Shown piece by piece: positions 1 to 13,900 of a stretch of 64,000 nucleotides of DNA. Position numbers and translations under genes: made by a program. The first letter of the stretch is position 1. Each line of letters starts with the position of its first letter. The notes beneath the pieces were generated by a model, which saw nothing but the letters and a program-made list of their open reading frames with translations, ran no database searches and had not been told where the DNA came from. This DNA is from Leucoraja ocellata. Taxonomy: Eukaryota. Location: assembly GCA_036785375.1 (NCBI GenBank), contig JAWMAR010000115.1, positions 4,712,001 to 4,776,000 of the forward strand, in the 5' to 3' direction.

Positions 1-519
1 ATGAAAATATTTCAATTTCCAACCTGGTTTGGTGTTTCCGGGTTCCAAAACAGTGTTTGGATATTTAACAATAATTTATGCGATAAGACAATGTCTTTTT
101 GAATTTATGTAAGCAAAATCATGGCAAACAAATCTATTGGAGATCATTGTGATGTACCATGTAGAATAGATAAGGGAGAAGATGTGGTGACCAAAGAGTT
201 TGCAGATGCTGGAAACACGAGCAAAGAGCAAACTGCTGGAGGGAATTTGTGGATCAGGAATCATCAGTGGAAGTAAATGGACAGATGATCATTCACAACT
301 AAAGAAGGGCCACGATACAGGGTCACCTGCACATTTTCCTCGATGAATGCTGCCTGACCCACTGAATTCCCCCCCAGCAGATAGTTTTTGTTTGTTTCAG
401 GGCGAGCAAATGGATGTGTTGAATTTTCAGAAGGTCTTTGAATGTTAAAATATGTGGATTAGGCAACAGGTTTGAATTGAAAAGTATTTGGCAGACAGGA
501 AACAGAGAGGAGACTTCTT

Positions 520-3470
520 TAGGATGCCCAATTCATACATATCCCCTACTTTCCTAATCCCCAGTCTATCCAATTGTTGATATGTGTTGTCGATGAGAGA
601 AGGTTTGAATGCGGGGTTGTTCAATAGTGGGGTTAGTACTGATAAATTATTTAATTTCAAGGATATTTTTAGTTGTTTCCAAATTCTTATTATATTATGA
701 ATAATTGGGTTCTTCTTATATATTATACTATTCAATTTTATCCGTGAGAGCAGGATCGTTCCTATATCGTGCGGATAGCACTCCTCTTTCTCCATTCTTA
801 TCCACTAAAACTGCTGAGTGGAACTATCCAGCCAGTATATTATGTTCTTAATATGCACTGCCCAGTAGTAATACATAAAGTTAGGTAATGATAAACCCCA
901 ACTTCTTTAGATTTGCACAAATGCTTTCGTTGAATTCTGTGTGTTCTGTAGTCCCATATAAAATTAGTGATAGTGGAATCTAGTTTTTTGAAAAAATATT
1001 TTGGAATATATATTGGGATCGCTTGAAACAAATATATTAATTGTGGTAAGAAAGTCATTTTTATAGCGTTAATTCTACCTAACAATGCGAGCGGAAGCGG
1101 TTTCCAAATTTTAATCGTATCATTCAATTTATTTAATAGTAGTATACAATTGGCACTAAATAATGATTTGTGTATTCTCGTAATTTCAATACTTAGATAC
1201 TTGAATTTTTCTGTTGCAATTTTGAAGGTGAATTTTAGTAAGTGTCTCGAATCCTGTGGTTTTAAAGACATAATTTTGCTTTTATTCCAATATATTCTAT
1301 ATCCTGAAAAAGAGCCGAATTCCTCAATTAGTGTTAATAAGGTGGGTATACTCGTTTGTGTATTAGTAATATATAAAAGGATATCATCAGCATTTAATGA
1401 AATTTTATTCTTTGAGTCCTTAGTGTTATATCCGTGAATATTCGGGTGATTTCTAATCTTTTTGGCCAGCGGTCCTATCATAAGGGCAAATAGCAACGGT
1501 GATAAGGCACACCCTTGCCTATTACCCTTTGATAAGTAAAATTTTGGAGATAACGTATTGTTAGTTAATATTCTTGCCGTAGGTCTATCGTAAAGTAGTT
1601 TAACCCATCTAATAAAATTCTCTCCCATATTACATTTTTGGAGTACCTTGTATAAATACTGCCATTCTACTTGATCAAATGCCTTCTCTGCATCCAGCGT
1701 GACAACTGAAATATCTTCATTGTCCTCATAATGAGAGTACATTATATTGAAAAGCCTCCTCAAATTATGAAATGATTGTCTTTTGGGTATAAATCCCGTT
1801 TGATCCATATTTATTAAATTGTTAATATAATTATTTAGCCTTCTAGCTAGAATCTTTGCTAAAATTTTCTGATCCGTATTTAAAAGAAAATGGCTCTATA
1901 AGAACCTGGTTCATCTAAATCTTTATCTTTTTTTGGTATAAGCGTTATTGTTGCTTCTGCTAGGGTTTCTGGTAGTTTATTTTCAGTATAAGCCTGCGTG
2001 TATAAATTGAATAATCTTGGTACAATTGACTCCTGAAATCTTTTATAAAATTCATTACTAAAACCGTCTGGACCTGGGGTCTTCCCATTTTTCAGTGAGT
2101 TTATTATTTGTTTTATTTCTTCACTAGTAATCCGTGCTCCTAATTGCTCTTGTTCTAAACTATCCAATTTTGGGAGCTTGCAATTATCTAAAAAATTTGT
2201 AATTTTACTTACATCTGTATTTATTTTAGATGTATATAAATTATGATAAAATTGGGCAAACCTCTTATTAATATCCTTAGGCAATGTTAGAAACTCACCC
2301 TTATCCGATTTAATTTTAGTAATAGTTTTTTTCCTTTTCTCGCTGCTTCAGTTGCCTCGCAAGTAGTTTATGTCGCTTATCCCCAAATTCGAAGTGTGCT
2401 TGTTTTGTAATTTGGAATAATCTTATCACTCTAGCCGATAGTATTCTATTGACTTTATATTTCAATAAAGTTATCTTATTATGGTTATTTATGGTTGGGT
2501 CAGTTGCATTGTCCAGTTCTAGTAATTTTATTTTCTGTTCTATCTGCTGAAGTTCTATTTTATTTTCCTTATTTTGAAAACTTTGGTAAGCGATTATGAC
2601 ACCGCGAATATATGCCTTGAAGGTTTCCCATAATAGCGGTGCAGAAATACCCGGCGTGTCATTTATTTCGAAAAAAAGTTTTGTTTGTTCTTTTATATAC
2701 TCATAACCCTGCGGGTTATTTAATATGTGTGCATTGAATCTCCAAAAAGGTTTTATACTCGGCATTCCCTCAATTTTAAGTATAAAAGTCAATGGTGAAT
2801 GAACAGAAATAATACTATTATGATATGATGGTTTATTCGTATACAGGATTAATTTTGTGTCCAATAAGAAATAGTCAATTTGCGAATAATTTTTGTGAAC
2901 TGATGAATAAAATGAGTATTCCCTACCACTTGGATTTGCTATTCTCCAAACATCAGCTATGTTATTATTTTTTATATAAGTATTTAAAAATTCACAGGTC
3001 TTAGTTTTAACAAGACGCTTCCCTAGCTTTATTGATTTATCTAAGTATGGGTCTATAACACAGTTGAAATCTCCCCCCATTATTATATTTTGAAAATTAT
3101 GCTCTGCGATTAAATCTATTATTTTCCTAAAAAATTGTAGGTTATCAAAATTAGGCGCGTAAATATTTATCATAGTTAATGGTGTATTGTAAATTTCTCC
3201 CGTGACTATAACATATCTTCCCTCTTTATCAGATATGGATTTCTTTAATTTAAAAGGTATACCCTTCCGAATTATAATGGCCGTGCCTCTTGCTTTAGAG
3301 GTGAATGAGAAGTAATAGGTTTGACCTATCCAATTTGCCCTTAATCTGATCTGAGTTTGTTGTTTCAAATGTGTCTCTTGTAGGAAAGCAATATCCATAT
3401 TTAATGATTTTAATGTGCCAGAATTTTACCCCTCTTAATCGGCTCATTCGCACCTATGATGTTCCAACTA
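520..3470 (-). pseudogene. L1 ORF2 (endonuclease-RT), disrupted
   Basis: Split across ORFs 2316-3398, 1880-2284, 840-1808 and 445-795 by frameshifts and stops. The C-terminal Zn knuckle and polyA are absent. Confidence 0.92.
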
Positions 3471-4449
3471 CAGAAGGTGAGACCTCCAACATTTATTCGA
3501 CTATTATCTTGCATTGGCTATTATTACCAGACAGTATGATTCATGTGATGCAGCCAAGTACCTCGGAATCCCGAATCCAGAGTTGTCCTTCATAATTTCT
3601 ACAGTAGTTTTACATCTCCTGAAACTATTAAACATAATTAAGGGAAAGAGAAAAACATAAAATAAAGTGTACATAAAAATTATTAAGTCATACAACACAT
3701 TATTGTGAATAAACAAAAAAGTGAATGTAATTTATCAAAAAAGTGATAAATTACAAAAAAGTCACCTACGGTAGCTAGATTTGTTTTTAAATTGACCTCT
3801 GTCGATGAGATTATGTACTGGGCCTTATCCCCCTATTAGAATTTGACCCGACGTTAGTCGGTTCCCTCTAATTGTTACCCAAATTATCATATCAGATCAA
3901 TTAATCGTTGAACAGTTTAAAATAGAATAAAAGAAAAGGGAGGGTAGAAGATTTGGATTAAAATAAAAGTAATTATAGGTTAAAGTACCTCGTCAATAAT
4001 TACACTTTTCATTTACATGTATGTTAGTTAATTCATAATTAGTATTTAGTATTTAAAATATATGTCTAACCTCCCCCATCCGTCCTACTATATAGTTAGT
4101 CGTGTTAGTATAGGACATTATGCCTTTAACGTTGGATGAGTTTATTGCGCGTAATTGGTTAATTAGTTAGTTAGTTATATATGTAAATAATAGGACATAT
4201 AGTGTGGAACAGATGCCTCATATCATGGCCATTTCAAAAGGAGACGGTCTCATAGTTCTCCGTGCTGAAGGGTTTGGTGACGAGCTTGCGACCTTGAGCT
4301 TTCATATGTGCTTTCAGTTCGGGAGTTTAATTTGGCCTATGTTATTGAACAACACATTCTTGCCAGATAAGCCTGTCTGGTAACCGTCTGAAGCATTCTA
4401 GTGTCTTAATTGAAACAGAAAAAACAAAGTTCCACAGATAAAATGGCTA

Positions 4450-5532
4450 TTATTCTGTTCCTCCTTGAATTTTGTTTAAAATCTCCTGAGCGTATTTGCA
4501 AGCAGAGTCCGGGTCCGTGAATGAGCGTTGCTTGCCCTTAAACGAAATTAGCATTTTCGCTGGATAGATCACGCCATAACGAACTTCAGAATGTCCATAT
4601 AAAATACTGCTTGCCCTTTTAAACTCGCGTCTTTTTGCCAGAATTTCCCGAGGATAATCCCTGTAGAATCTTACGATATTATCAGCGAATATAAGATTTT
4701 CTCCATAGGTTATCTTCTTTAATAGAGTTTGCACAGTTGAAATATCTAGGAACTTTAAAATAATTTGCCTTGGTGTAGCATTATCATGTTTTTGGAAGCG
4801 ACCCACTCGATGAGCCAGATCTATCTTTGGTTTTTCTGGAAGTTTGAAAAAGTAGATTAGTAATAAAATCACGCATTTGAAGGCAGTGTTCAGCACCGTC
4901 TTTAACTCCAACTATTCTCAGATTTTGCCTCCTTGACATGGCCTCTAAATCTTGATATTTCGCTTTCAATTTATTCGTTAGCTCCCAATTTGTATCGTGT
5001 TGTTTTTTCAGACCTGTTATTTCTTGGCTCATCTGTTCCATTCCACCCTCCATCTCTTCCATCAATTTTTCCGTGTCTGTTAATTGCTTCAACAGGGTGT
5101 CATGTTTATTGTTATAATCTCTCTGCATACTTTCCAATTCCTTCGCAGTCCTGGACTCCAAAGCTTTAAACTGCTGGTTCAGGGCTACATAAAGCTCTTT
5201 TATTTCGCCGCAGCTATTTTCTTAGAAAGATTGCCCTCCATAGTGGAGAAGTTGTTCTGAATTGTAGAATTCATTTTGGCAAATTGCTTCTGAAGATCTT
5301 TAGTAATGTCTTTAAGAATATTAGCTCTTACCGTTTCTTCCCAGCTTTTAATTTATTTCTCCTTTGTATCACTTCTTGCAGCCATATCGCTTGTAGGTTG
5401 TTGAGGTTCCGGCTCCTCTTCCAAACTTTCAAAAGTGGGTTCAGGGGTGGTTTCAAGCTCATCCAGAGCTTTTTGGAGCTGGAAACTGATTGTAGTCTTC
5501 TTGGGCCCTCTCTGACCTCTTCTCTTTCTCAT
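4450..5532 (-). pseudogene. L1 ORF1, disrupted
   Basis: ORFs 5353-5613, 4784-5161 and 4450-4911 carry L1 ORF1 coiled-coil, RRM and CTD motifs in different frames. Confidence 0.88.
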
Positions 5533-6601
5533 CCAGTTTTTACGATAAGATCGTTTAAAATCCCAAATCCACCAGTACCGTTTGATGGAGTCAGTACCCT
5601 CGACGTTCAGCAAACCTGATAAGAATTTTTAACTCGATCCTGGCATGGGAGTCGACTTTAAACACGATTTGTCTGGAGGAGAGCTCAGTGCAGCTGCCTT
5701 CACTGCTTCATAGCAGCCACCGGAAGTCGAGTCCATTATTTTCAATGTTCATCAATGGTATTGACAAGGAAACAAACTTAATGTTTCTAAGTTTGATGAC
5801 ATGAAACATAGAATAAATAGAAGCAAAGAGGATGCAAAGAGGTTTCCAGATGCTCAGCCAGTCGAGTTACTTGTCAAATATACACAGATATTGCAGCAGA
5901 GAGTCATAGAGCTGTACAGCATGGAAATAGACACATTGACCCAACACACACATGCTGACCAACATGTCCAACTGACCCCATCACAATTGTCTGCACCTGG
6001 CCCATGTCTCTCCAGACATGTCTTTGTGCTCTCCTTACGAGAGAACGGGTTTTTCAGCCACAAAAGGAATACAGCCAAGGCTGACTAGACTGATTCCTGG
6101 AATGGCAGGACTAATGTGTAAGGAGAGGAAGAGCTAACTGAGCCAGTAGTTACTGGAGTTTGGAAGACTTAACAGGACCTCTCTAAACTAAACAAAATTC
6201 AAAGCAGAGCTAGACAGAGCTAGACAGACTCGATACGTAAGGAAATTTCCAGTGACTAGGATCTGGAACAAGGGGTTTTGGACTCAAGATAAGGTGAGAC
6301 ATTTAGGGCTGAGAAATGTCTTCATTGTGAAAATGCCGAGCCATTTAAATTCACCCCACAGAAAATGGTGGATGGCAGGTCACTGAATCTTGTTAAGTAG
6401 GGGATAGATTTATTTGACATAAAATGCATCAAAATTTATCGGGAGAGAATTGGAATATGATATTGTTTTGAATGATTAAACAGGCTCAAAGTGACAAATA
6501 ATCCACCCCTGATTCTCTTTTGCTTGTTTCAATACGTTTGGGGATGGTTTGATGTTTTCTTTGTCCTTCACACTTCTGATGTTTATTGTGCAATTTAGTC
6601 G

Positions 6602-6659
6602 AGATAAAAAACAGGAAGCGAAACAGCCCAGAGCACAGAATAGACGAATCATTGTGGTT
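6602..6659 (+). promoter_or_regulatory. Candidate haematopoietic promoter/enhancer module: GATA, ETS-IRF composite element and RUNX
   Basis: AGATAA at 6602-6607, GGAAGCGAAA (GGAAnnGAAA) at 6614-6623 and TGTGGTT at 6653-6659, about 1.2 kb upstream of the ATG. Confidence 0.5.
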
Positions 6660-7821
6660 AAATTGCAAGACAGCTCTTCATGCAGCCTAACCATTGCTCT
6701 GAATTTTGCATCAGGTCCTGAATGTGATATGGGGAAATGCAGAATCCTTGCTCCCTTAAAACCTCACATTTTTTTATATTCAAAAATAAACTTTATTTCA
6801 GAATAAAACATATATACGAAACTAGTCTGAAGGGTCCCGACTTGAAACTATCCTTGTCCTCCAGGAGTGCTGCCTGACACTGAGTTACTCCAGTATTTTA
6901 TGTATTTCTTTGGTAAACCAGCATCTGCAGTTCCACATTTCTATACAAAACTAACACACTCTTGGTGTCTATACATTCAATAGTGTCACACTCAGTAGTG
7001 TTTGCACCCATCTTTACACAATACGCCATTGACTGTTATTTGCCACTCCTGGGGTGATATCCCTTCCCTTGTATGGGTGACCCACCAGTTCTCAATGACC
7101 AGCAGGGGAAGGACCCAAGACAGTGATCCTCCCTAACAGAGTCTATAAGTTGTTTGTACAGAGCTTCAGTGCGTCCCTCGGCACGTTATACTGCAGTCTG
7201 GAATGGGTCAATCAGCCTCATTCCTAGATGGACCTCTCTTTGTCATATCGTTGTTTTATTCCTCAGCACAGTAACAGTGTATGGGACATGGGGCAATGTT
7301 CCTGTCCTCAAAATCTAGACTTTGACCCACAGTGGGCAGCACCAGAACAAAAATAATGCATTTGAAGATTTGTCTTAAGAAACAAGTAAACAGATTCCTG
7401 TCTCTGTATCACCAGCGTCCTCAAGGAGAGACAACCTGCAATCCTTATACAGTGTGTGCTGTACATGACCACGGGGCACAATAACGTGGGTGACTGTGCA
7501 GTGGCTCAGAATTGGGTCAGTTGAAGGATAATTCAGGATGGCATGAAAGTGTCCACATTTAATGGAAACATTAAAAATGAGAAATGTTCAACTGCTTTTT
7601 CCTTCACCAGTCCTATAGAGCTGCCTCATGACCTCCTGACTCTGATGTTCAATGGCCTTAGCATTGAAGGCAAGCATACCATACACATTCTTTTCTACCC
7701 TATCTACTTGTGCTGCCACCTTCAGTGTCCGATTAACTTGTAGCCCAAATGTGCTGAAGATATGTGCCTCAGATAAGCTCAGTCTAAAACTGCACATTAT
7801 TTCTCACAGGGAATCCACAAA

Positions 7822-7909
7822 ATGAGGCCAAAGTTTCTCTGCAGCGGTTTTCCAGATGGTTTGATGTTCGGTGTCTTTGTTTTCCTGCTTCGATCTGTTT
7901 CCACACAGA
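7822..7909 (+). CDS. Signal-peptide exon ([29 protein letters not shown])
   Basis: ATG in context aaaATG, hydrophobic core, VST-Q cleavage-like site, donor CAGA|GTAAGT in phase 1. A possible acceptor ttctcacag ending at 7809 suggests an upstream 5'UTR exon. Confidence 0.8.
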
Positions 7910-10900
7910 GTAAGTGCTTTCACTTCACCGGTCACAATCACCTTGCTGTACTTTATCATTGTCCGTGTAAACCCGCACCCTTTTGTCAATCTCACTTTCC
8001 TCTACACATCCCTGAATGTGCTGCTGCTCACAAATCCATGCCATCCTTTATGGAGCTCCATTCCTGAGCCCCTCGCATCAACTGCCTCCCCTCAGGAAGA
8101 TATTCCCACCTGTGAGCTTGTTGCACAGGTCGCTGCCCAAGAATCACCCGCAATATCTTCACTTCACGCTCCCGCACAGTTCCGTCGTGCTGCCACAAAC
8201 AATAAGTGAGTTCTGTATTCTGAATAACGCAAGGAATCATGGGATTTTTCAAAGTTAGTAAGCTATAACAGTAAATAGATCTCAGCGTTATAGATACAAT
8301 GAGTATACTTTTGGTCCGATTTTTTGTCTTTTGTCATGGTTGATTCAAAGTTCCAAGATATGAAGCTGGAAGATTTTATGTCATGGAAACTCGAAGCTTT
8401 GAAGATTTTCTTAGCAGAGAGGGGTTAAAAAATATGGGACGAAAAGCTGTACTTGTAGCTCTTGCTGTAGCTACAGCAATTTAAATCAGTCCAAAGAACT
8501 CCTTAAAGTCTATTGAAAGTTATAGAAATCAAACATTTAATTTCACTCCCCCCACCCTCAAGAAAAAAAAAAAAGCGTATCATTTATCTTGGCGATCTCG
8601 CTCACTCATGGAGGCATGAACCAATAAAAACGAGAAAAATATCGCAGCTTTTTACAAAGGAAAATAAATGCAACAAATTAATAGTTTTAAACGGTATTTC
8701 CTTACTATAGTACTATCGAAACCACAGAGGAAATAAAGCCCTGTTTACACAAATCAGCTCAGCGCCCCTCGAGAGATCGGGGTGGGGGAGAGACCGGGGG
8801 GGGGGGGGGGGGGGGGGTGGGGTGGATGGGTGGGGGGGGGGGGGGGGTGGATGGGGGGGGGGGGGGGACCGGGCGGGAGAACCCCTGGTTCTCTTTGCAT
8901 GTTTCAATAGGTTTTGGGATGGTTTGATGTTTATTTGTCCTTCACACTTCTGATATTTATTTACACATTGTGAAATTTAGTTGAGATAAAAAATCAGGAA
9001 GAGAAACAGCCCAGAGCTCAGAATAGACGAATCATTGTGGTTAAATGGCAAGACAGCTCTTCATGCAGCCTTGACCATTTCTCTGAATTTTGCATCAGGT
9101 CCTGAATGTGATATTGGGAAATGCAGAATCCTTGCACCCTTCAAACCTCACATTTTTTAATATTCAAAAATAAACTTTATTTCAGAATAATAAAGACCGG
9201 GCGAGGGGGAGACCAGGCCGGGGGGGGGGGGAGACTGGACCGGCTCTCATCCGGAGAACCGCGTCTCGTTTGCAGTCAGGATCGGACCCGTGTCCCCGCA
9301 ACTACAAATGCTGCCGAACCGCAAGCGTTGCATAACCGTCACTGGACCGTCCCCCGGTAACCCCCCCCCCCCCCACCACAACATCCCCTCCCCCCACCAC
9401 TCCCCCCCCCCCCCTAAATTCCATCATTGCTCCTCTTTCCAACAGAAATCAGAAATCTGGTTTATTTCTTGGATAATGGAGGCAACATTACGTTAAAAGG
9501 ACCGGACAATCCTGGGAGTGACGTTGTTTGGGAATGGAAACCACACTCAGGGCATGGAATCCAGACAGTGTTAACTGGCAGCAGAGCGGACAAGCATTGG
9601 ACCATCCAGTGGGGCGATGGCTGGAGAGAGAGACACAAGAACCAGGAGGTGGATGTGGATGCCAGTACTTGTAATCTGACAATAAAAAACAACGCATTTA
9701 AATGGGCGGGATTTTTCACTTTGTCTAAAACACAACCGAGGAAGCAAATCCTGAAACAATATGAAATATTTGGGATCAAAGGTGAGTGGGCGATACACGG
9801 ATCAATAATGTGTTTCTCTGTATGTAAAGTCACATGTAAATCTATGTTTTGATGTTAATACTCCAGTCACTCTGGGCTGTGGGTAATAATTGGGCTACAG
9901 TTAAGGGCCTGTCCCCCTTACATAACATTGTCACGCAAATTGCACGACCTCGTGGTCGTGTTGAGGCGCACGGGCATCCTATGGCCACGTGGGGCCGGTC
10001 CCACTGAGAGGAGGGGTATGTAGTTGTGCGTGACATCGCGCGGGGCCCCAAAATTTCTGTAGCGAGCAAAATCTTTGCGCACCAACGGCTTGTCGCATAA
10101 CTGACGGCCAAAGTGGGACCGGCCCAAGACGCTGAAGCGATGCAATTTCTCACCTGCAACAGCAGCAGAAGCAGGCAAACGATCGCCGAGCTCGGCCTGG
10201 GGCTCACGCCGTTGCAGTCCGGTTCCGCCCCCACTTCTACTCCCAGAGCGGGGCCAAGAAAATTGAAGGTAGACACAAAATGCAGGAGTAACTCAGCGGG
10301 ACCGGCATAATCTCTGGAGAGAAGCAATGGGTGATGTTTCGGGTCAAGAGCCTTCTTTTCAGATTGAAGAACAGAATCTGTCATCTGTCATGTAAAACGA
10401 AACGTCACCCATTCCTTCTCTCCAGAGTTGCTGCCATTCCCACAGAGTTACTTTGTGTCCATCTTCAAATGACGTCACGCGCTCCAGACGGTAGTGTGTA
10501 CGCATTAAATCGTGCGTGACCCTCGTGGGACCGTCACGGCTCAACGTTACCATGAGGTCGCGTAATTTGCGGGCCAAGGACAAGTAAGTGGGACAGGCCC
10601 TTTAGTTTCTTCACTTTTCTTTGATCACAGACAATCGCAGTAGCAGGTAACTCAACATGTCCACCAGGGGACTTTTATACGCTCCACAAATTAATTCCCC
10701 AATACAACAGTAGGAACCAAATGACTAACTCATAAGATTAACATAAATATCTGATACAATAATTATAATATAATTCGTAGCCTTATAATGACAACAATAG
10801 AAATAATTATAATATCATTAGTAGCCATATAATGACTTNNNNNNNNNNNNNNNNNNNNNNNNNNNNNNNNNNNNNNNNNNNNNNNNNNNNNNNNNNNNNN

Positions 10901-13900
10901 NNNNNNNNNNNNNNNNNNNNNNNNNNNNNNNNNNNNNNNNNNNNNNNNNNNNNNNNNNNNNNNNNNNNNNNNNNAATGCAATACAATACAACTTAGATTA
11001 CAATCTTCCCTTGCTACAAAAAGAAATGTCCTTATTTAAACAGTGACCAACAAGCCACAGCACTGGCAATAGACACAACAAGTGTCTGGAGGAACTCAAC
11101 AGGACAGGCAGCATCTCTGGAAAGAAGGAATGGGTGACGTTTCGGGTTGAGATCCTTCTTCTTCAGACTGGTTAGGAATAAGGGAAACGAGAGATATAGA
11201 CAGTGATGTGGAGAGATAAAGAATAATGAATGAAAGATATACACAAAAGTGACGATGGTAAAAGAAACAGGCTGTTTGTAACGTGAAAATGAGAAGCTAG
11301 TGTGAATAGGGTGGGGGAGGGATGGAGAGCGAGGGAATGCAGGGGCTACCTGAACTGAGAGAAATCAATATTCATACAACAGAGCTGTAAGCTGCCCCAG
11401 TGAAATATGAGATGCTGTTCCTCCAATTTGCATTTAGCCTCACTCTGACAATGAAGGAGAACGAGGACAGAAAGGTCTGTGTAGGAATGGGTATGTCAAT
11501 TGAAGTGTCCAGCAACTGGGAGATCATGTTGGTTCACGTGGGCTGAACGATGGTGTTCCGTGAAACAATCGACCAGTCTGCCTTTGGTCTTGCCGATGTA
11601 AAATAGTCCAAATCTTGAACAACGAATACAGTAGATTAGGTTGAAGGAGGTGCAAGAAAACCTCTGCCTCACCTGAAATAGCTTTCTGGGTCCCTGCACA
11701 GAGCCAAGGGAGGAGGTATAGTAACAGGTGTTGCATCTTCGGCGGTTGCAGGGGAAGGTATCTGGGGAGTGGGTGGTTTGGGTGGGAAGGAATGAGTTAA
11801 CCAGGGAGTTGCGGAGGGAACGGTCTCTGCGGAAGGTGGGAAGGGTTGGAGATGGGGAAATGTGGCTAGTGGTGGGATCCCGTGGCAAAATTTTGGAGGA
11901 TTATATGTTGTGTACAACTGCTGATGGGACTAGGGGGACTCTGTCTCTGTTGTGACTAGGGTGGAGAGGACGCAAGGGCAGAGCTGTGGAGTACCGAGGA
12001 GACAAGAGTGAGGGCCTCATGAATGATGGGAGAGGGGAACCACGTTGCCTAAAGAATGAGGACATCTCATATGTTGTGGTATGGAATACCTCATCTAGAG
12101 TGCAGATGTGGTGTAAAAGGAGGAATTGAAAGTAGGGGATAGAGTCTTTGCAGGAAGCAGCGTGGGAAAAAGTGTAGTTGAGATAGTTTTGGGAGCAGGG
12201 GGTTTGTAATTGATATCAGTCAATAGTGTATTTCTTGTGATGGAGACTGTGATATCAAGAAAGGGAAGGGAGGTGTCAGAGATGGTCCAAGAAAATGTGA
12301 AAGCAGGATGAAAATTGGTGGTGAAGTGGATGTTCCATGAGTTCTGCATGGGTGCATGAGTTAGCAACGATGCAGCATCAATGTAATGAAGATAGAGTTT
12401 GGGGATATGGCCAGTGTATGCCTGAAACAGGGATTGTTCAACATACCGAACCAATAGGGAGTCATAGCTGGGGCCAATGCGGGTGCCCATTGCTACGCCT
12501 GGAACATGGAGGAAGTGAAATGAGTCAAAGGAGAAGTTTTTGAGGGTGTGGACCAGCACCGCTAACACCATCACTAATTTCATCACTTCTGGCTATGTGC
12601 CTTCCACAGCCTCCAACCATATAGTTTCCCAGCCCCGCAAAGCCAGTTTTTACCTTCTCTCATAGGCCTGGCCAAGTTGGCCACCTGTGAGTCATGGCAC
12701 CAGGTGGATGAGGGCTCTGCCCGAGCCAGCTGCCTGCCGCTTTTCCGGGATTACGTCCATGCCCGGGTGGTTTTGGAGAGGGACTATGAACTCTGGGGGA
12801 ATTCCGGGACCATTGGGCTCCGCAGGGGGTTGAATGCATCCTTGACAAGGACTGTAAGATAGTTGTATAATAGTTTATTGTTTGGCTTGTATTATGGTGG
12901 TGGGTTGTGTTGTGTTTTATTGTCTTCTAAATATTACTTTAATATTTGAATAAATGTATTGAACAGCAACAATGTAACTGTGTAGACCGATACTGGTTCA
13001 GATGAGTTTATTGTCATAAACACCAGGATGAAAATACATTTTTGTTCACATGAAGCTCATTGAGTAAAAGTTAATGATGGATAAAATTATAAACACAATA
13101 AATGCAACACAGCAGAATGGTGTAGAGTTTTCAGAGCTATCTGAATGAACGCAAAATAAAACTAAGGTACAATAACTGCAAGAACATGTGACAGCACCAC
13201 CAGGAAGTGCGAGTGAAGGTGATGTCAAGAGTCTGAAATCACTGGGAAATCACTGGGAAAGAAGTTGTTCTTCAGTCTTTATGTCTACGTTATCAGTTGA
13301 GGTGAGATTGAGCCCAGTCATTGGACTGTCCACACCACTACCCACTCTGAATCTCATTGATCTGTTTTTCACAGTTGAAGCAACTCCACAGAGCCCTCTG
13401 CTGGGCAGTGACGTCACACTCAGCTGCACCATCTCCAGACTGTCAGATACAGTCAGTCTTCACTGGAGACCAATGGACTCATCCCAGCAGAACAGGTGCA
13501 ACACTGATCAGATCCGCCTGAATAACACGGTCTATCTGATGGTTCGACATGTTACAGTGGAGGATGGGAAGCTGTATGTGTGTGAAGTGCAGGAAAATGG
13601 AAAAATCGTTCATACAAGTAACGCCAATTTTAATGTTATTGAGGGTGAGTGTCAATACCTCATACTAGATATTGAACATACACTTGTACCATTGGTGCTC
13701 ATTATAATATCATGTGTGCACCCCGTAAAGAATTGTAGTTTGTGTCCGAAATCTAATTTGTACAAAATGCTTCAGTGTTCAGGGAGAAGCTTCCAGAAAG
13801 TCTCCCTGTGGAGCAGCTGCCTGTTCATCTCTGTTTGACAGATACACAATATTGAAAGAATGAATTCTAATATGTTTAGTAAGAGTAACTCAGTGGGGCA

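Larger units (their letters stand above)
520..5729 (-). mobile_element. L1-clade LINE with 5' end intact, frameshifted, 3' end missing
   Basis: 5' GACTTCCGG start at 5729. ORF1 pieces: coiled coil, SRRQNLRIVG, LAHRVG, YPAKM. ORF2 APE endonuclease (FLQETH, GGDFN, IDYF) and RT (PGPDGF, QGCALSP, ADD). Confidence 0.95.
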
